NCBI RefSeq assembly: GCF_009914755.1
Contig: NC_060932.1
Direction: 5' to 3' (one strand)
Source: the human T2T-CHM13v2.0 reference genome, Homo sapiens
Length of the DNA: 64,000 nucleotides
The translations under genes were made by a program, and so were the position numbers. The notes beneath the pieces were generated by a model. The model did not search any database, was not told the origin of the DNA, and saw nothing but the letters and a program-made list of their open reading frames with translations. Of this stretch, positions 48,299 through 61,791 are shown in pieces (position 1 is the first letter of the stretch; the number at the start of each line of letters is the position of its first letter).

Positions 48299-48672
48299 AC
48301 ATGTATATATACGCACATACAGATATATGTGTATATATGTATATATCTACATACAGACATACATACAGATATTATACACATACAGATATATATACACATC
48401 TGTATGTGTGTCACATATACATGTGTATATGTGTGTATATGTGATATATATACATCTCACTCAGATATATTGTATATGTATACATGTGATATATATACAT
48501 CTTACACAGATGTGTATATACACATAGAGATATGTATATGTGTTCGCCTATACATACAGATATGTATATGTGTATACCTGTACATACAGATCTATACATA
48601 TATACATACAGATATACAACACATATCTGTATGGGTGTCACATATATGTGTGTGTGTATATGTATATATAGA
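48299..48672. repeat. Compound TA/CA/TG low-complexity repeat
   Basis: Recurring atacatacagatat units in both orientations; source of the spurious Y/I/C/M-rich ORFs. Confidence 0.92.
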
Positions 48673-49020
48673 GAGAATTGTATATTATTGAGGATAAATA
48701 CTCAGCCTATACAATGAATACAATCTTTTAAAGGAAAATAAAGATATATGATCATCTATCTGTAATAAAAAGTTGTCCAGTCTTTAAAAGATGTACTTTA
48801 CTGTCAGGCTTTATGAACCACACAATTTCCAAATTTGATAACATTTTGCAGAATAAATTTTCTATCAAATAAGTCGCTCTTACTAGAAAATTAGTAAACC
48901 ACTTCATAATTTTGGATAGTAAAATATATTACAACAGAATAAAATTGTCTTTTTCTTAGTCTAGAAACAAACTATTACATAGCAGCATGCTAATTAATAT
49001 TTCTTTGTGTTTTTCCACAG

Positions 49021-49335
49021 GCTGTTGCTACCCATGTGAGAGTAAAGAAGGGAAGTTAAATCAGTGCTGCTTTCCTTGATGGTTCCATTGATCCAAAAGC
49101 CCATTGAAGTCAATAGGATTTCGTCTTTAGCAGAAATGCTGCACTTAGATTATCTCCATAGGAAAGTACAGAAAAAAAAAAACTGATCGAAATAGCTGAG
49201 TTACTTTCAAACCACCAGCCTGCTTTATTTTTAAACATATTAGAAGTTTCACTAATCTTTAAAGTGGATTTTGTACACTGAGAGTAATACTTATAATAAT
49301 AATATAATGCATTAAAGAAGAGAAAACTAGTCTGT
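49021..49335 (+). other. Candidate 3'-terminal exon
   Basis: Branch-like gctaat, polypyrimidine tract and ttttccacag|G acceptor; stops in all frames within 60 nt; attaaa at 49311-49316. Confidence 0.35.
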
Positions 49336-52300
49336 ATGATTGATATTTTAGCTTCCTCCCTTTTTTGAAACAATTTCCTTTGGTTTCATGTCAGCTGGGT
49401 TCCTTTAAAATACAAATACAATAGCTCCCCAGTGCCCCTGGCTAGGAGATCACAATGAACCAGTCCTGAAATCTTTCCCCCTTGACTGCCAAGGCAGATC
49501 TAATTACTCCAGAGCCCTGCCTTCATTTTCAGGGCAGAAGTAAATGCTTCCTTGTGTGGGACACCAGTCAGAGCAACAGGCACTTCCTCTGATCTGACTA
49601 ATCATTCTTGCAGCGTGGGAGTGCAGGAGAAGAGAGGAAATATCATTCAAAGACATTTTTTTCCTAAGGTTTGGGGCCTTACTCTTTAAAATATTCCCCC
49701 AAAGCTCTATCATCTCACAGACATACAAAAAGTTCAAGAATCTCCTCCATAAGATGTCTCTCACCTGGATGGTATAATTAGCCACATTTTATTATTTTCC
49801 TCCTTTAGAAAAGTTCTCATTTTATCTTTCTGTAAGTGCCCTAATCTGAAAAGCACACTTCAGGATTGTCATAGGATTAAACACAGGGAATTCTGGAAAT
49901 GTTTAACACGCCGTATTTCGCAAAAAGAAAAAAGTTTCTTCAATGACTTTGCCATTTTGTCTCTGCATAGGGTGTTCAGATATAAAAATATATATATTTT
50001 TAAAAAGTACAACAGCTGCAGAAATAACTATTTTCATGGCAACATTTGCTTTTCAGAGAGCCTTTAAAACAGGTTGTCTATTATAATATAATATATAATA
50101 GGAATATTATTATAATAATTCTAATAATTATTATATTATTAATAAAAAAAGATTTCTTAATATATGCAGGTGGTGGAGAATATCTGAATTTAGAAGAACA
50201 AGAATGAAAAAGAGGGCACTATAAGTCAAAAGCTAACAGAATGTAGCAGAAAGAACATTGGGAACTGGGTTTGGACCAATATTATCAATGTGATCAGTGA
50301 TGTCAAAAGAGAAAGAAATTTTCAAAAGCTTAGAACAGCATCACTACTATTGCTTACGTGTTGATTTATATATGCAATCTTTCTAAGCTTTTGAAAAAAA
50401 AGTGGTCTTTTTTATCTCTATGCACTTATTTTCTTTTTTTTCTTCATTTCTTCTTTTATTTACCCACCAGGTGTCATATAAGGCACTGGAGAAACACAGC
50501 TGAATTGCAAGGATTCTTAGAGGTGTCCACGGTAAAATAAAAAAGACAGATAGATAAACCTACTTTCCTGGTGAGGACATACATAGTGTGTCCTACTTTT
50601 TTCCTTGGTTCTAATTTCTAATTTTACTTTCTTTCTAAAGCCTGTTTTTTAAAACAAAATCTGATTCAATTGTGTCTAAATCAGAGAATGGACTCAGGGC
50701 GACTTATTCAATCACCCAGAGATTATTATCCGAGAGCTCAGTCAAAGACTAAAATTGACTGAGGCTGTCAGGACAACTATAACAGCTTCAAAAAAAAAAA
50801 ATGAATCCTGAGGATTTCTTTACAGATACTGAGAAATAACAATTAAGTTGTCAATGATACTATCTCCACTCTCAGCAAACATTCCACACCCCAGTGGGGC
50901 TGCTACAGAGGCAACTTGTGAGTACCCCATTCCATTCCTACATGCTGTTACTTCTTTCATTAGAGCAGGTTTCTCTGGGTATGTGCCCTGCAGTAGATGG
51001 AGAGGAGGTATTGTATATAAAATGGGAAGAGAGATAGTGAATAGACAACATTCTCAGAGAAGAGTCTTAAGAATTCTTTTGCCACCATAAACCACAGGAC
51101 AAGGCAACCTTTTCTCCAGGTAGACACCACTTTGAACAACAAATATGAAGGTCCTGAAGTGTTTGTAAAATAAAAAATAAAAATAAAAGCTTTGAGGGCA
51201 CATGAAGCTAACTCCACTTTAGCCTTGATGTCTCAATTTAGATATAGGCCTCTCCAGGAAGACTTTGCTATAACCTACCCTTGCAAGACTGATTTGGGAC
51301 CCTCCAGTGTGCTCCTACTGGACTTTGTGACTTGCAGCAGTCATAATACTACTATGCTTCATTGAAGTATCTTATTTTCTTCTTTGTCTGCTTTATGAGA
51401 AAATAGTCTCAAAAAAAAAGAAATAAAATAGCTTCATAGGTTTGCTGACAAAACAGTGTTCAACCCATAAAAATCACCATGTAAATGTCAGGTTCTTCAT
51501 CATTCTCATCATCATAATTATCATGATTTTGGATGAGTTCAAACTACCTAGGTAAGGGAAGGGAAGGAGTTTTTATCAACATTACCTAGAATATGAATGA
51601 GCTTTCAATAAATTTTTGTTGAATTAAATAGGTGGATAAACAAATTTACGAATTATCATTGGTTGCTTAACAAATTCTATCCAAACGAATTTTGAAGTTG
51701 TTTCTTTTAGATTATTTTCTATTTTTCCAAAAGGAAGAGTAATGACAGCTATCTACAAGACTGAAAAGGAAAATATGGTCTTGTGAGGACCAGACCACAA
51801 AATTTGCCAAGGACCCTGAGTATCTGTTCAGAGGTCAGGCAAAAGTAACTGCCATTGTCTTATTTAATTCTGAGAAAGCTCCTTTCAGAAAGTAGAATTT
51901 CCGAGACACTTCAAATCAAAGGGTAGGTGGTTTTGTGAATATCTTGAGATATAAACCTTCTGGAGAACAATTCAGCAATATTTATCAAAAGCTTTAAAAA
52001 TTGAGTAATGCCTTCTCTAGAAATATCCTAAAATGATAATTAAGAATATGAACAAATGTTTGACTTTATAGATACTTGTAGCAACATGGTTTACAATATT
52101 TAAACATAAGGTAAATGTCCACAATAAATTATTAGTTACATAAATTATGCTACATTTTTATAATAAAACACTAAAGAGCTACTTGTGCCATGTTTATTAT
52201 AATGAAAGATTTTCATACTATAATAGGCTACAGGACAGTATATAAAGTATAATGCCATTTTTGTTTTATTGAGAGGGTAGAAATAACAAGAATAGGGAAA

Positions 52301-53289
52301 GAGAAAAAAGCTAGCAAAGTGATAGTATGAAAGCCAAAAAGCTGGTAATCTTTCTCAAGTATTAACATCCCCTTGTCTATGTGCAATTAATCATCGGGTT
52401 CTGCCCTTTTCACTATTTAAATGTCATTTAAACTCACAGTTCTTTTCATCACTATTGTCATCATCTTTATTTAGACACATTTTTATGTTTTTGTTAGAAA
52501 AAAAAAATACATAATCAATGTCCCTGCCCCCGCGTTGCCTTGCTCCATGCTTCACAGAGAAAATACAGACAGAATGATCTTTCTAAAATGCCAGTCTGAA
52601 CGTGGCACCATGCTTTCAGAGCAAGGCCTATACTCCTTGCCATCACGTGTTGAATCATTAAAGTTCTGTTCTCTACCTACCTGCCTCTGCAGCTAATTTC
52701 CCATGACCCTGCTTCCATCCACAACTTGACTTTAAGCCAAACTGAACTATTTGCACATTTCCTAAGTTTACCATGTCCACTTCTCCGCATCTTTGCACAT
52801 GCTACTTAATCCACCAAAAGCAAACTTGTCTCATCTAGTTGCTATTCATCTTTTGCAGAGATAAAATCATTGCTGTTTAAAATCAAAATGTACTATCAAC
52901 TCTTCTGCTAACACAGGCCTTCATTTCAGTGATAAACTATAGCTCCACACTCAGAAATGGGTAAGGACAGGGGAAGGCTGAAATTTCAAGGTCTCTCTCC
53001 GCTTTTCCATGAAATTATACAAGAACCAGAGCAAGTCTAGCAAGTGACTCATTGGCTGGCTAAGCACATTTATGAGCCTTTTGGTAGGCCAAGGAAGGCC
53101 TTATTTTAGAAGGGGATTGAGAGCTAAATTGTTTTGTACACTATCAAAAGTTGATTTTCATGTAGAAGCAATAAGGATGAACATAAAGTAATGAAGCACG
53201 GGGAGTCTTGAGAGATGAATGGAGATGAGCAGCTTTGCAGAAGGCCAGGGCCTTGAGGAGTCTGACCAGTGAGTGATAAGTTGCCATGG

Positions 53290-53922
53290 CAGAGTGGCCA
53301 TAGGAGAGCTGTCAGTAACCCACACAGATCCCCTGCGACAAGCAAGTGCAGGTGCACATTTCCCCCAGTTTTTGTGAGCCAATGGTCACCAGCTCACAGC
53401 TGCACCCTTTTGAAAACTGCTTGTTAGCAACAGGAGCAGCCTAGTTCAGAAATGCCTGAGAGGTTACACCCTTCCTCCAAGTGGTAGCCAGTAGCCAGTG
53501 ACTGACTAATAAAGAGGTACAAAAAGCCTTCCCCCTTGTCCTTGTCAAAAATAAAACTGTGGGTTCCATTTTTATTCTGGAGCTCACTGTGGCATCAGTT
53601 GAACCCACTTCTTTAAGTGTTCTTTTCCTTCTTCTCCTTCAGTTGTGCCTCCTGGGATTAACTCCCAGACAAATTATTAATACTTGTGCTTAAATCATGT
53701 GTCATAGTATGCTTTCAAAGGAGTCCAAACTTAAGTAAGAATCAGACCAATTTTGTTTAAATGTGCATTTAAACCCAGCTGATTTTTTTGCCTAGCTTTT
53801 TCCTTGTCTTATCCTATTTTCTTCATTACCTTAAAGATTTCACTGGAGCCACTTCCACAATAAATCTTTGCCCAAGAATCCCTGTCTCAGGTTTTGCTTC
53901 TAAGGAACTCAGCCCAGGATAG
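53290..53922 (+). mobile_element. LTR16-family ERVL LTR containing a foreign ~150-bp insert
   Basis: tagccagtgactgact; 3' end caataaatctttgcccaagaatccctgtctcaggttttgcttctaaggaac; start approximate. Confidence 0.7.
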
Positions 53923-54276
53923 CAACCTAGGACTTTTGAAGACCAAGAATGTGTCACACTAAACTTCAAAGTATTTTGATTGCAGAGATGAAAACTCTCC
54001 CATTACCTCATTTTCTGAAGATTGTGCTGCACACATATGTCCATCAAAACACACCCTGCAAAGACAACTTCTATAAGTGTTCAGGGGAAATTGAAGATCA
54101 GTGGCTGAACTTCCCATGGGCTTTCACACACACTGAAGGAAAAAAGCATCTACAAGGAGATAGATCAATCACTGGAGTTAGCAACTGAGAACCAATGAAA
54201 AGTGTCAAGATATACATCTCTGGGAATTCATGGAAATAATAGAGAAGGGATAAGAATTCCCACACACAATTGGAGT

Positions 54277-54722
54277 TGTAGCAGATGAAGCTGATGCTAC
54301 CAATTCTCCCTTAGCCTCACCACAGTTTTCCTGCAGCTGACTCCCAGCACACTGATAACATATGCCTGTTTTCTTCTTCCTGAAGACATTCTCCAGTAAC
54401 ACAGAAGCGTATTCCATTGCACATAGGTGAAGCCAAGAAGTGTAAGGGCAATAAGATACTGGGGCAACACTCAAACAATAAGGGAAGGGAGTCATGGATA
54501 AATGCTCTGGCTTCCCTAGCATGGAATCTTGAAGGATAAACAATGGGACTGGGTCTCAGGTGCCTGTAGTAATTTACTCATTAATGTACCTTTTACTGGC
54601 TTTGCTCCCATTTGTCTCATTTTCCCCTCTCCTTCACTAGTGCCTTCCGGGATTAACTCCCAGATAAATTATTAATACTGGTACTTAAATCATGTGCTTT
54701 TGAAGCAATCCAAACTTAGATA
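54277..54722 (+). mobile_element. LTR33-like ERVL LTR
   Basis: tgtagcagatg start; ctggctttgctcccatttgtctcattttcccc...ctcccagataaatta...ccaaacttagata end. Confidence 0.6.
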
Positions 54723-54862
54723 GAAATCAGATCAATTTGGTTTACAGGTGCATTTCTTTGAAGAATTAATACCAGTGTCACATTTTTGGTAAGCCTTCTC
54801 TGATCCACTCTCGTCCCAACCTGTGCTACCAAGTTCCATGCATAAATCTAATGTTAGAATAA

Positions 54863-54917
54863 TGTGTGAGACAGAGAGAGAGAGTGTGTGTATGCACGCG
54901 CACGCGTGCGTGTGTGT
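54863..54917. repeat. (GA)n followed by an alternating purine-pyrimidine tract
   Basis: gtgtgtgtatgcacgcgcacgcgtgcgtgtgtgt at 54884-54917. Confidence 0.9.
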
Positions 54918-55089
54918 TACCTCAAGGACTGTGAGTTCCCTGAAGTTAGAAGCAGTGTTTTTATCTTTGTTAATATCCCCAGTGCCAAGAGCAGTGCCAT
55001 TAGTTTTGATGAATATAGCAGTTTAAATTATTTATACTGTTGATAAGAACTTAAGCCAAAAAGCAGGAGAGAGGAGGACTTATTGTATC

Positions 55090-55570
55090 AAATAACTAAG
55101 CAGTCATGAGATAGATATTCAGGTTTATCTTCATTCAGGGCTCAAATGATGATACCAACATTTATTTTCATTATCTCTATTTCTCTGGGACCTGCTTCCT
55201 TGCAGTTGGCTGCATTTTCCATGTGACTAAAAATGACTACACCAGCAATTGTCACTAATCTTCTAAGGTTCATATCCACTAAGAAAAACAGAGTATTTAT
55301 TTCAGCACACCTAAAAAAAGCATCATTGTAACTTCTTAACTCTAAGAGGATCACATAACCATCCCTGAGCCAATCATTGCTTCCGTTAGAATGCAATGTG
55401 CTGATTGGTTGAGGTTTGGGTAATTTGCTTCATTTTTGACCCAGAGAAAGAGGCCAACCTAAAGCAAAAGGCTGAAAATTAAGGAGGGGTATTTCCTGGA
55501 GGAAATCAAAGAGTTATTAGCAGGAAAGAGGAAATCATATGCTAGAAAGCATATAATAGATGTTTCACTA
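55090..55570 (-). mobile_element. Old MLT1 (J/K-like) LTR
   Basis: tcacataaccatccctgagccaatcattg...atgtgctgattggtt; boundaries approximate. Confidence 0.55.
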
Positions 55571-56284
55571 CAATGAATAAACAATGATGAATGATAATCT
55601 ACTTTAATATCATAGAATTTCACTGTGATTTTTGCAAGTAACTACCATGTTTGCATTTAGATTTATATTATTTCACATACAATATGTATAAACAAGTAGA
55701 CTAAGAGAATCTAATTTTAATCTAGAAATTTCTTCTAATCAATCTCTTGATTGATTAGAGCGTTCTTAGTTCTCTTGCTCAGGCTCAGTGCTTTTGTCCA
55801 CTTGAGTGGATAGGAACATTTGTTTTAATAAAAGCTTGCTTACTACTTGGAACTATGGCAACATATTTAAATTTATTTATAGGACAAAACTAGGTACAAC
55901 CTCCAGGGAATAGATCTGCCCCATTAACTAGAGCTCTCATTGACTTCAAGTATGGAGAGAGTTCATGTTCTGAGAATGAGTGTTAACAGGTGCTGAAAGA
56001 ACTGTGCATAATGTTTATAACGAATACAAGAGATTATGAGTGAAAATGTATCCAGGGAAATCCAAGACTTCCTCTGTGGTGAGTATTTCACCAGGCTACA
56101 ATTAAAGAAAGCAGTATTGTACTTAAAGTAGAAAATAAAATCTTACATAATTAATAGTCCCTTTTTTCAATTTTCTAAATTAAATAAAAAATTATCATTG
56201 AATTAAATAGTACTCAACTACAATCCAACTTTACGAGATTCTTCTGTGTATAAAAGGTAAATAGCCATTGTTAAAAAAGAGGAA

Positions 56285-56575
56285 AGAGAGGAGAAGGAGA
56301 GATTTGTTAAAGGATACAAAATTACAGCTAGATAGGAGGAATAAGTTCTAGTGTTCTATAGCACTGTAAGATGACCATAGTTAACAGGAATATATAGTTT
56401 CAAATAGCTAGAAGGAGGATATTGAATGTTCCCAACATAAAGAAATGATACATGTTGGAAATAATGGATATACTAATTATCCTGATCTGATCATTATACA
56501 CTGTATGCATCAAAACATCACTATGCACCTCATAAATAGGTACAATTATTAAACATCAATTTTTTAAATTCATAT
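56285..56575 (+). mobile_element. L1MA (about MA5/6) 3' UTR
   Basis: aggatacaaaattacagctagataggaggaataagttctagtgttctatagcactg. Confidence 0.88.
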
Positions 56576-57426
56576 AAAAACAGGCATCCAAATTGCAAAA
56601 CAAGAATTGAAACTATTTCTACTTGCCAAAAATAAAACAAAACAAAATGATTGGAGATGATGATGATATACATTTCATTTTAAAAAGGGGGGGCTTACAG
56701 AAAAGATTTCCAAAATATAAAAAATAATTTCCTTTAAATAGCAAGATTCCTACATTTTAAGCAATGTATTATATTTTCATAAATATAGCCCTTTATCAAA
56801 TATATCCTAAAATACCCAAAAGTGAGGGTAATGAAAGAAAACTTAGACTATTTTATGAATTTCAGTCATGACTCCTTTTCCTTTACCCCATAAGTGCTGG
56901 TAAGCTCTCCCACACGTTCCTGGAGTGCAAAGCTGGGTCTGGCACTTTTTTATTCCATATGCTTCTAAAACTCAGCAAGGATGGAGCTTTATCATCTCCT
57001 GCATAAATTAGGGGTGTGATTTGCCAATATGACTGGGCGATAGTCCAGCTGTCTTGAAAAATTAAGAAAAGGAAGAGAATAGTGTATTTTTTAAATCTCT
57101 CTCAACCTGGAAAAGGAAGACACAAGTTGAAGCTAAGTGGAATATGTCAAGCCCAAAGCACTGCAATATCTGTGTCTTTGTGGGAGGAGGAAAAGAGGAG
57201 CCCTTTGGCAGAATTCTGGCAAACTCTGAGATTCATAACAATGAAATAGTCTATGACTTGTCATGGATATTGCCAAATTTTAAACACAAGTTACTTGATT
57301 ATTGAGCATAGTAGGGTGTAGAAGGTGAAAGGAGGAGCCTAAAATATACAGTATCAATCTCTCCTTGGCTTTTGTATCCCCAAACACCATGCCCAGGTAG
57401 ACGCAAATAAGACTTAGGTAATTTCT

Positions 57427-57822
57427 CAATGATAGAATGAATAAAGAAAATGTGGCACATATACACCATGGAATACTATGCAGCCATAAAATATGGTGAG
57501 TTCATGTCCTTTGCAGGGACATGGATGAAGCTGGAAACCATCATTCTCAACAAACTAACACAGGAACAGAAAACCAAACACCACTCATAAGTGGGAGTTG
57601 AACAATGAGAACACATGGACACACAGAGGGGAACATCACACAGCGGGGCCTGTCAAGGGGTGTGGGGGGCTAAGGGAGGCATAGCATTAGGAGAAATACC
57701 TAATGTAGATGACGGGTTGATGGGTGCAGCAAACAACCATGGCACATGTATACCTATGTTAACAAACCTGCACGTTCTGCACATGTATCCCATAACTTAA
57801 AGTATAATTAAAAAAAAAAAAA
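57427..57822 (+). mobile_element. 5'-truncated L1PA6/7 3' end
   Basis: gcattaggagaaatacctaatgtagatgacgggttgatgggtgcagcaaac...acttaaagtataat plus poly(A); degenerate TSD aaga(c/g)ttaggtaa. Confidence 0.93.
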
Positions 57823-58182
57823 AGAGTTAGGTAAACTTTCAAATTTGAAAGTTCTCATTATGAAATAAGAGCTGGATATCAAGCAGGGAAGAACTCTGGA
57901 CTAGAAGAATCCAAAGTTACAGGGACGGAAGCAAAAATGTCACTACTGGGTTGTTAAGTATAACAGTGATAGAAGTTATTTCCATTTTCAGCCCTTCATT
58001 CATGGACCTGGGAATCCTAGCTTTTAGAGAAAGGGCACTATACATTGGTCACTGATTCAGAGCATATGCTATATCCTGGAGGACATTATCCCAGCCTTCA
58101 AAGCATTGCCACCCAGCCAGTGCCATAACTGAATATTCCAAAAACCACTTAACCCATCAGGTCAGCTGCTTCGGGTTGATGG

Positions 58183-58537
58183 TGTATTAGTCAGTTCTCA
58201 TGCTTCTAATAAAGACATACTCAAGATTGAATAATTTATAAACAAAAAAGGCTTTAATGGACTCACAGCTCCTCATGGCTGGGGAGGACTCACCATCATG
58301 GCAGAAGGCAAAGGAGGAGAAAGGCACATCTTACATGGTGTCAGGCAAGAGAGCTTGTGCAGGGGAACTCCCATTTATAAAACCATCAGATCTTGTGAGA
58401 CAACCATGAGAACAGTGTGGGGGAAACCGCCCCCATGATTCAATTATCTCCACCAGAGTCCCTCCCACGACACATGAGAATTATGGGAGCTACAATTCAA
58501 GATGTGATTTGGGTGGGGACACAGCAAAATCATATTA
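58183..58537 (-). mobile_element. THE1B/C solo LTR inserted in ERVL pol
   Basis: tgtattagtcagttctcatgc...gggacacagcaaaatcatatta; perfect TSD gatgg at 58178-58182 and 58538-58542. Confidence 0.94.
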
Positions 58538-61500
58538 GATGGGGACATGATAACATCAATAAATTTTATTAGCATGAGCCAATGCCACATTTTATTTGCC
58601 GTAAACTTAATTTCCATGTCAAAGACAATGTTGTGTGAACTATGACAGTGAATAAGGCATCTGAAAGTTCAAGGATGGTGGTTTTAGAAGAAGCATTTTG
58701 GGATGAGGAAACAAAATCATAGCCAGAATATCTATTCCAGAAAAAAAAAAAAGCACTGTCTCTTCCATTATAGAAGTTACTCAATATAATCAATCGGCCA
58801 ATAGGTCACTGGCTGGTACCCCTGGAGAATAATGCCGTACTAAAACCAAATGTTGGCCTCCACTATTGGCATGTGGGGCACTCAGAAATAGCTCTAACCA
58901 GATTGTCCGCAGTAAGTAAAAGCCCATTTTGCTGAACAAATGAACATTTCATTTATGTGCCTATTGGGCACAAAAAAGGTGACTGGTGACTGACATCCAC
59001 AAAACAAATTATCTTGACCATCCAATTACTAAGATTCCCTCTGTTAAGAATGCTTTTTTGCTGAGTACTTACATAAGACAAGGATATCTTCACACTGTAC
59101 ACTTGGAGATGTTTTTCCATATACCACTTCTGCAGATCTCCTTGACACCAAATCATGTTCCCTATAAACCACATCATTTATCATTTCAGATAGTGTGAGT
59201 ATACCAGGCAGAAACATCTGAAAATCCAAAAAATATTTTCCCTCAGTAGGTTGGCCAATAAGAGTGGGTTGAAAGATAAGAGAATATATAAGAGGAGTAG
59301 ACACCCTGAGAATCTATGTCATTGCAAATCCAACTTGTTTGTGCCTTCAAGATGTGCTCAAGCCCAATCTTGTATATACCACTTCCATTTAGTGGTGAAA
59401 TGAAGCTCTATGTGCCCAAATGTAGGGCTTAATGGGTCAGACAAAACCCAATTTATGATGGGCAAGTCAGATTAAATGATAATTTGATCACCCATAATGA
59501 TAGTTCAGGCTCTTGTGGGATCCAATAGCAAGCCAGAAGTATCTCAAAAAGAGACTTGTTAACTGAAGGAGATGTCACGGTATCCTTCAAAATCCTAAAT
59601 GTTTTCACTGTAGTTTACCCATAAGGTCCTGACAAAGATTCCATAAATCATCTGTTTGTCACAGACATTTCAAGTATCATTAGACCTGCTGTGTGACGTG
59701 GCTCAGTCCTGAATCTTCTTCATCTGGGCCCCACTCAAAATTGCAGCCTTTCGAGGTACTCAATAAATAAGATATGTGTTATCTTTATAATCTGAAAGGT
59801 CCTATGGAACACTGAGTCCCTTTCTATATGGTAGGAGGAGCCAGATACAAAATCTTATCTTTGACATTGGAAGGACATATCTTGACACGCCCCAGATTAT
59901 CGTAACCTTAAACAATTGTCCTGAGGTACAGGTGTTTTAATATTTTGGAATTTATTTACTCCCTTCTGGTATACATGTGTACTATCAAGATGTCTAGGGT
60001 AGTTACTACTTTCTTCTCACCAGGTACAGTCATGATACATCATCTACATAGTGGAACAATTGAATGTTCCGTGAAATGAAGAGATAATCAAGGACGCTTG
60101 ACTAGATTATGACAGAGAGCAGGAAAGTTGCTACATCCCAGAAGTAGAATAGAGAAAATGTCTTGCTGGCCATGCCAAATGAAAGCTATGTTTGGTGGTC
60201 TCTAGCAATAGGCAAGGAAACAAACAAACAGACAAACAAAAAACCATTCACCAAATCAGTAACTGTATGACAGGGAATTTTTTTATCTGCTCCAGTGATG
60301 AAACCAGATCTGATACAGCTGCCGCAACTAAATTTACCACACGATTAAGACATTCTCCAACATCTGTCTTCTTCTGCACAGGCTAAATAGGAGAGTTGAA
60401 TGAGAATATACTAGAAATCATCATTTCTACATTCTCAAGTTTTTGATGTGGCATTAATCTTGAAACTCTTCAAGGAAGGAGATGTCTTTGGCTCACTGTA
60501 TTTATAGGTAGAGTTTCCTCTAGATGCTTTTCCCTTGGCCTTTCTTACCAATAAAAACCCTCAATCCATGGGTCAAGAAATCAACATGGGTATTGTGCCA
60601 ATTGTTTAGTGTGCCTATTCCAGTTAAACATTCCAGAACTGGGAAATAAGCCCAGGGTGGGTTTGGGAACCCAGTGGTCTCCCAGGGAGAGAACCTCAAC
60701 CTAAAATATCATTAATATCCTGACCTCCAAAGTCCCTCATTTGATTGGTGGATCAGAGTGGTATCTTGTGTCTCTAGGAATTCCTGGCAGCTCAGAACCA
60801 GTGTCATATAATTCCTTAATAGTATGGTACCTTCCCCTTTTTTCAGTGCACCCTTGTGAATGGCCACAAATCCTTTTGGAGAAAGCTAGAGAAAAATATA
60901 CTGGATGAGTTTTTGGCAGCACAGAGTCCTTCCCTAAAGGAACCTGGTTCCCCTTAATCCAAAGTGCCTGAAAGTGTGAAGTGGCTCACAAATGGAAACA
61001 AATTATCTGATGATCTAAGTTAAACTTCTGTTCACCAGACTCTCTTTTCCATTTCTACACATCGAGTAAGACTTTATAGCAAGCTCCCCATGAATTTTAG
61101 TCCTTGAGCCACCATGATCAAGTAGCTAATGACAACACTCTCTGTAGGTGAAATCATTCTTATTACTGCTTCAAATCTGCTACCCATTACACAAATTCTA
61201 TGCTTGTTGTCTCTGGCAGTTCAGTGCTGCCACTTGGCCCCAGTCACCTCGGGATTCCATCATCCCTATTTATTTCAGGGATTCTATTTTAATGGCAAGC
61301 CAACTTATTATCATTCCTGGCCTACTACAGAGCTTATCAAGGCTGACGATATTCCCTTCACCAATGTATATAAGCAGTTCTTACAACCTAACTCTATCCC
61401 CACATTCACATATCCCTAAGCCTTTTGATACTGTCTTCTATAGTACACCAAGGGAGTTCTTGTAGCTCAACTTCAGTCAACTAACAAAGCCAAAAGTAAG

Positions 61501-61752
61501 AACGATTTACCAGCCACTTAGAGCACATTGAATATGGAATTTTTGCTTAAGTGAATCAATTTCAATACCTTCAACCTGACCCAAATTGTATCCACCCATT
61601 CTGACCAACATCCTTTTAATTCATTTCCATACATATTTCCCAGGTTTTAGTTAAAATAAATATAAGTTATATAATTATTTTTATGTGTGCTGTACCTCTA
61701 TTCTGGTCATAAGTGTTATCTGATAAAAAAGCATAAAAAATTGAGTCTTATA

Positions 61753-61791
61753 TCAGGTTGATGTAAAATTAATACATTTGCACCAACCTAA
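61753..61791. mobile_element. Internally deleted MADE1 (Hsmar1 MITE)
   Basis: ta-tcaggttgatgtaaaa...tttgcaccaacctaa-ta: both mariner TIR ends with TA flanks. Confidence 0.75.

Noticed and set aside
48327-48717. Y/I/C/M-rich ORFs
   Set aside because: Translations of a dinucleotide low-complexity tract
50078-50145. AT-rich quasi-palindrome
   Set aside because: Two-letter low complexity makes self-complementarity expected
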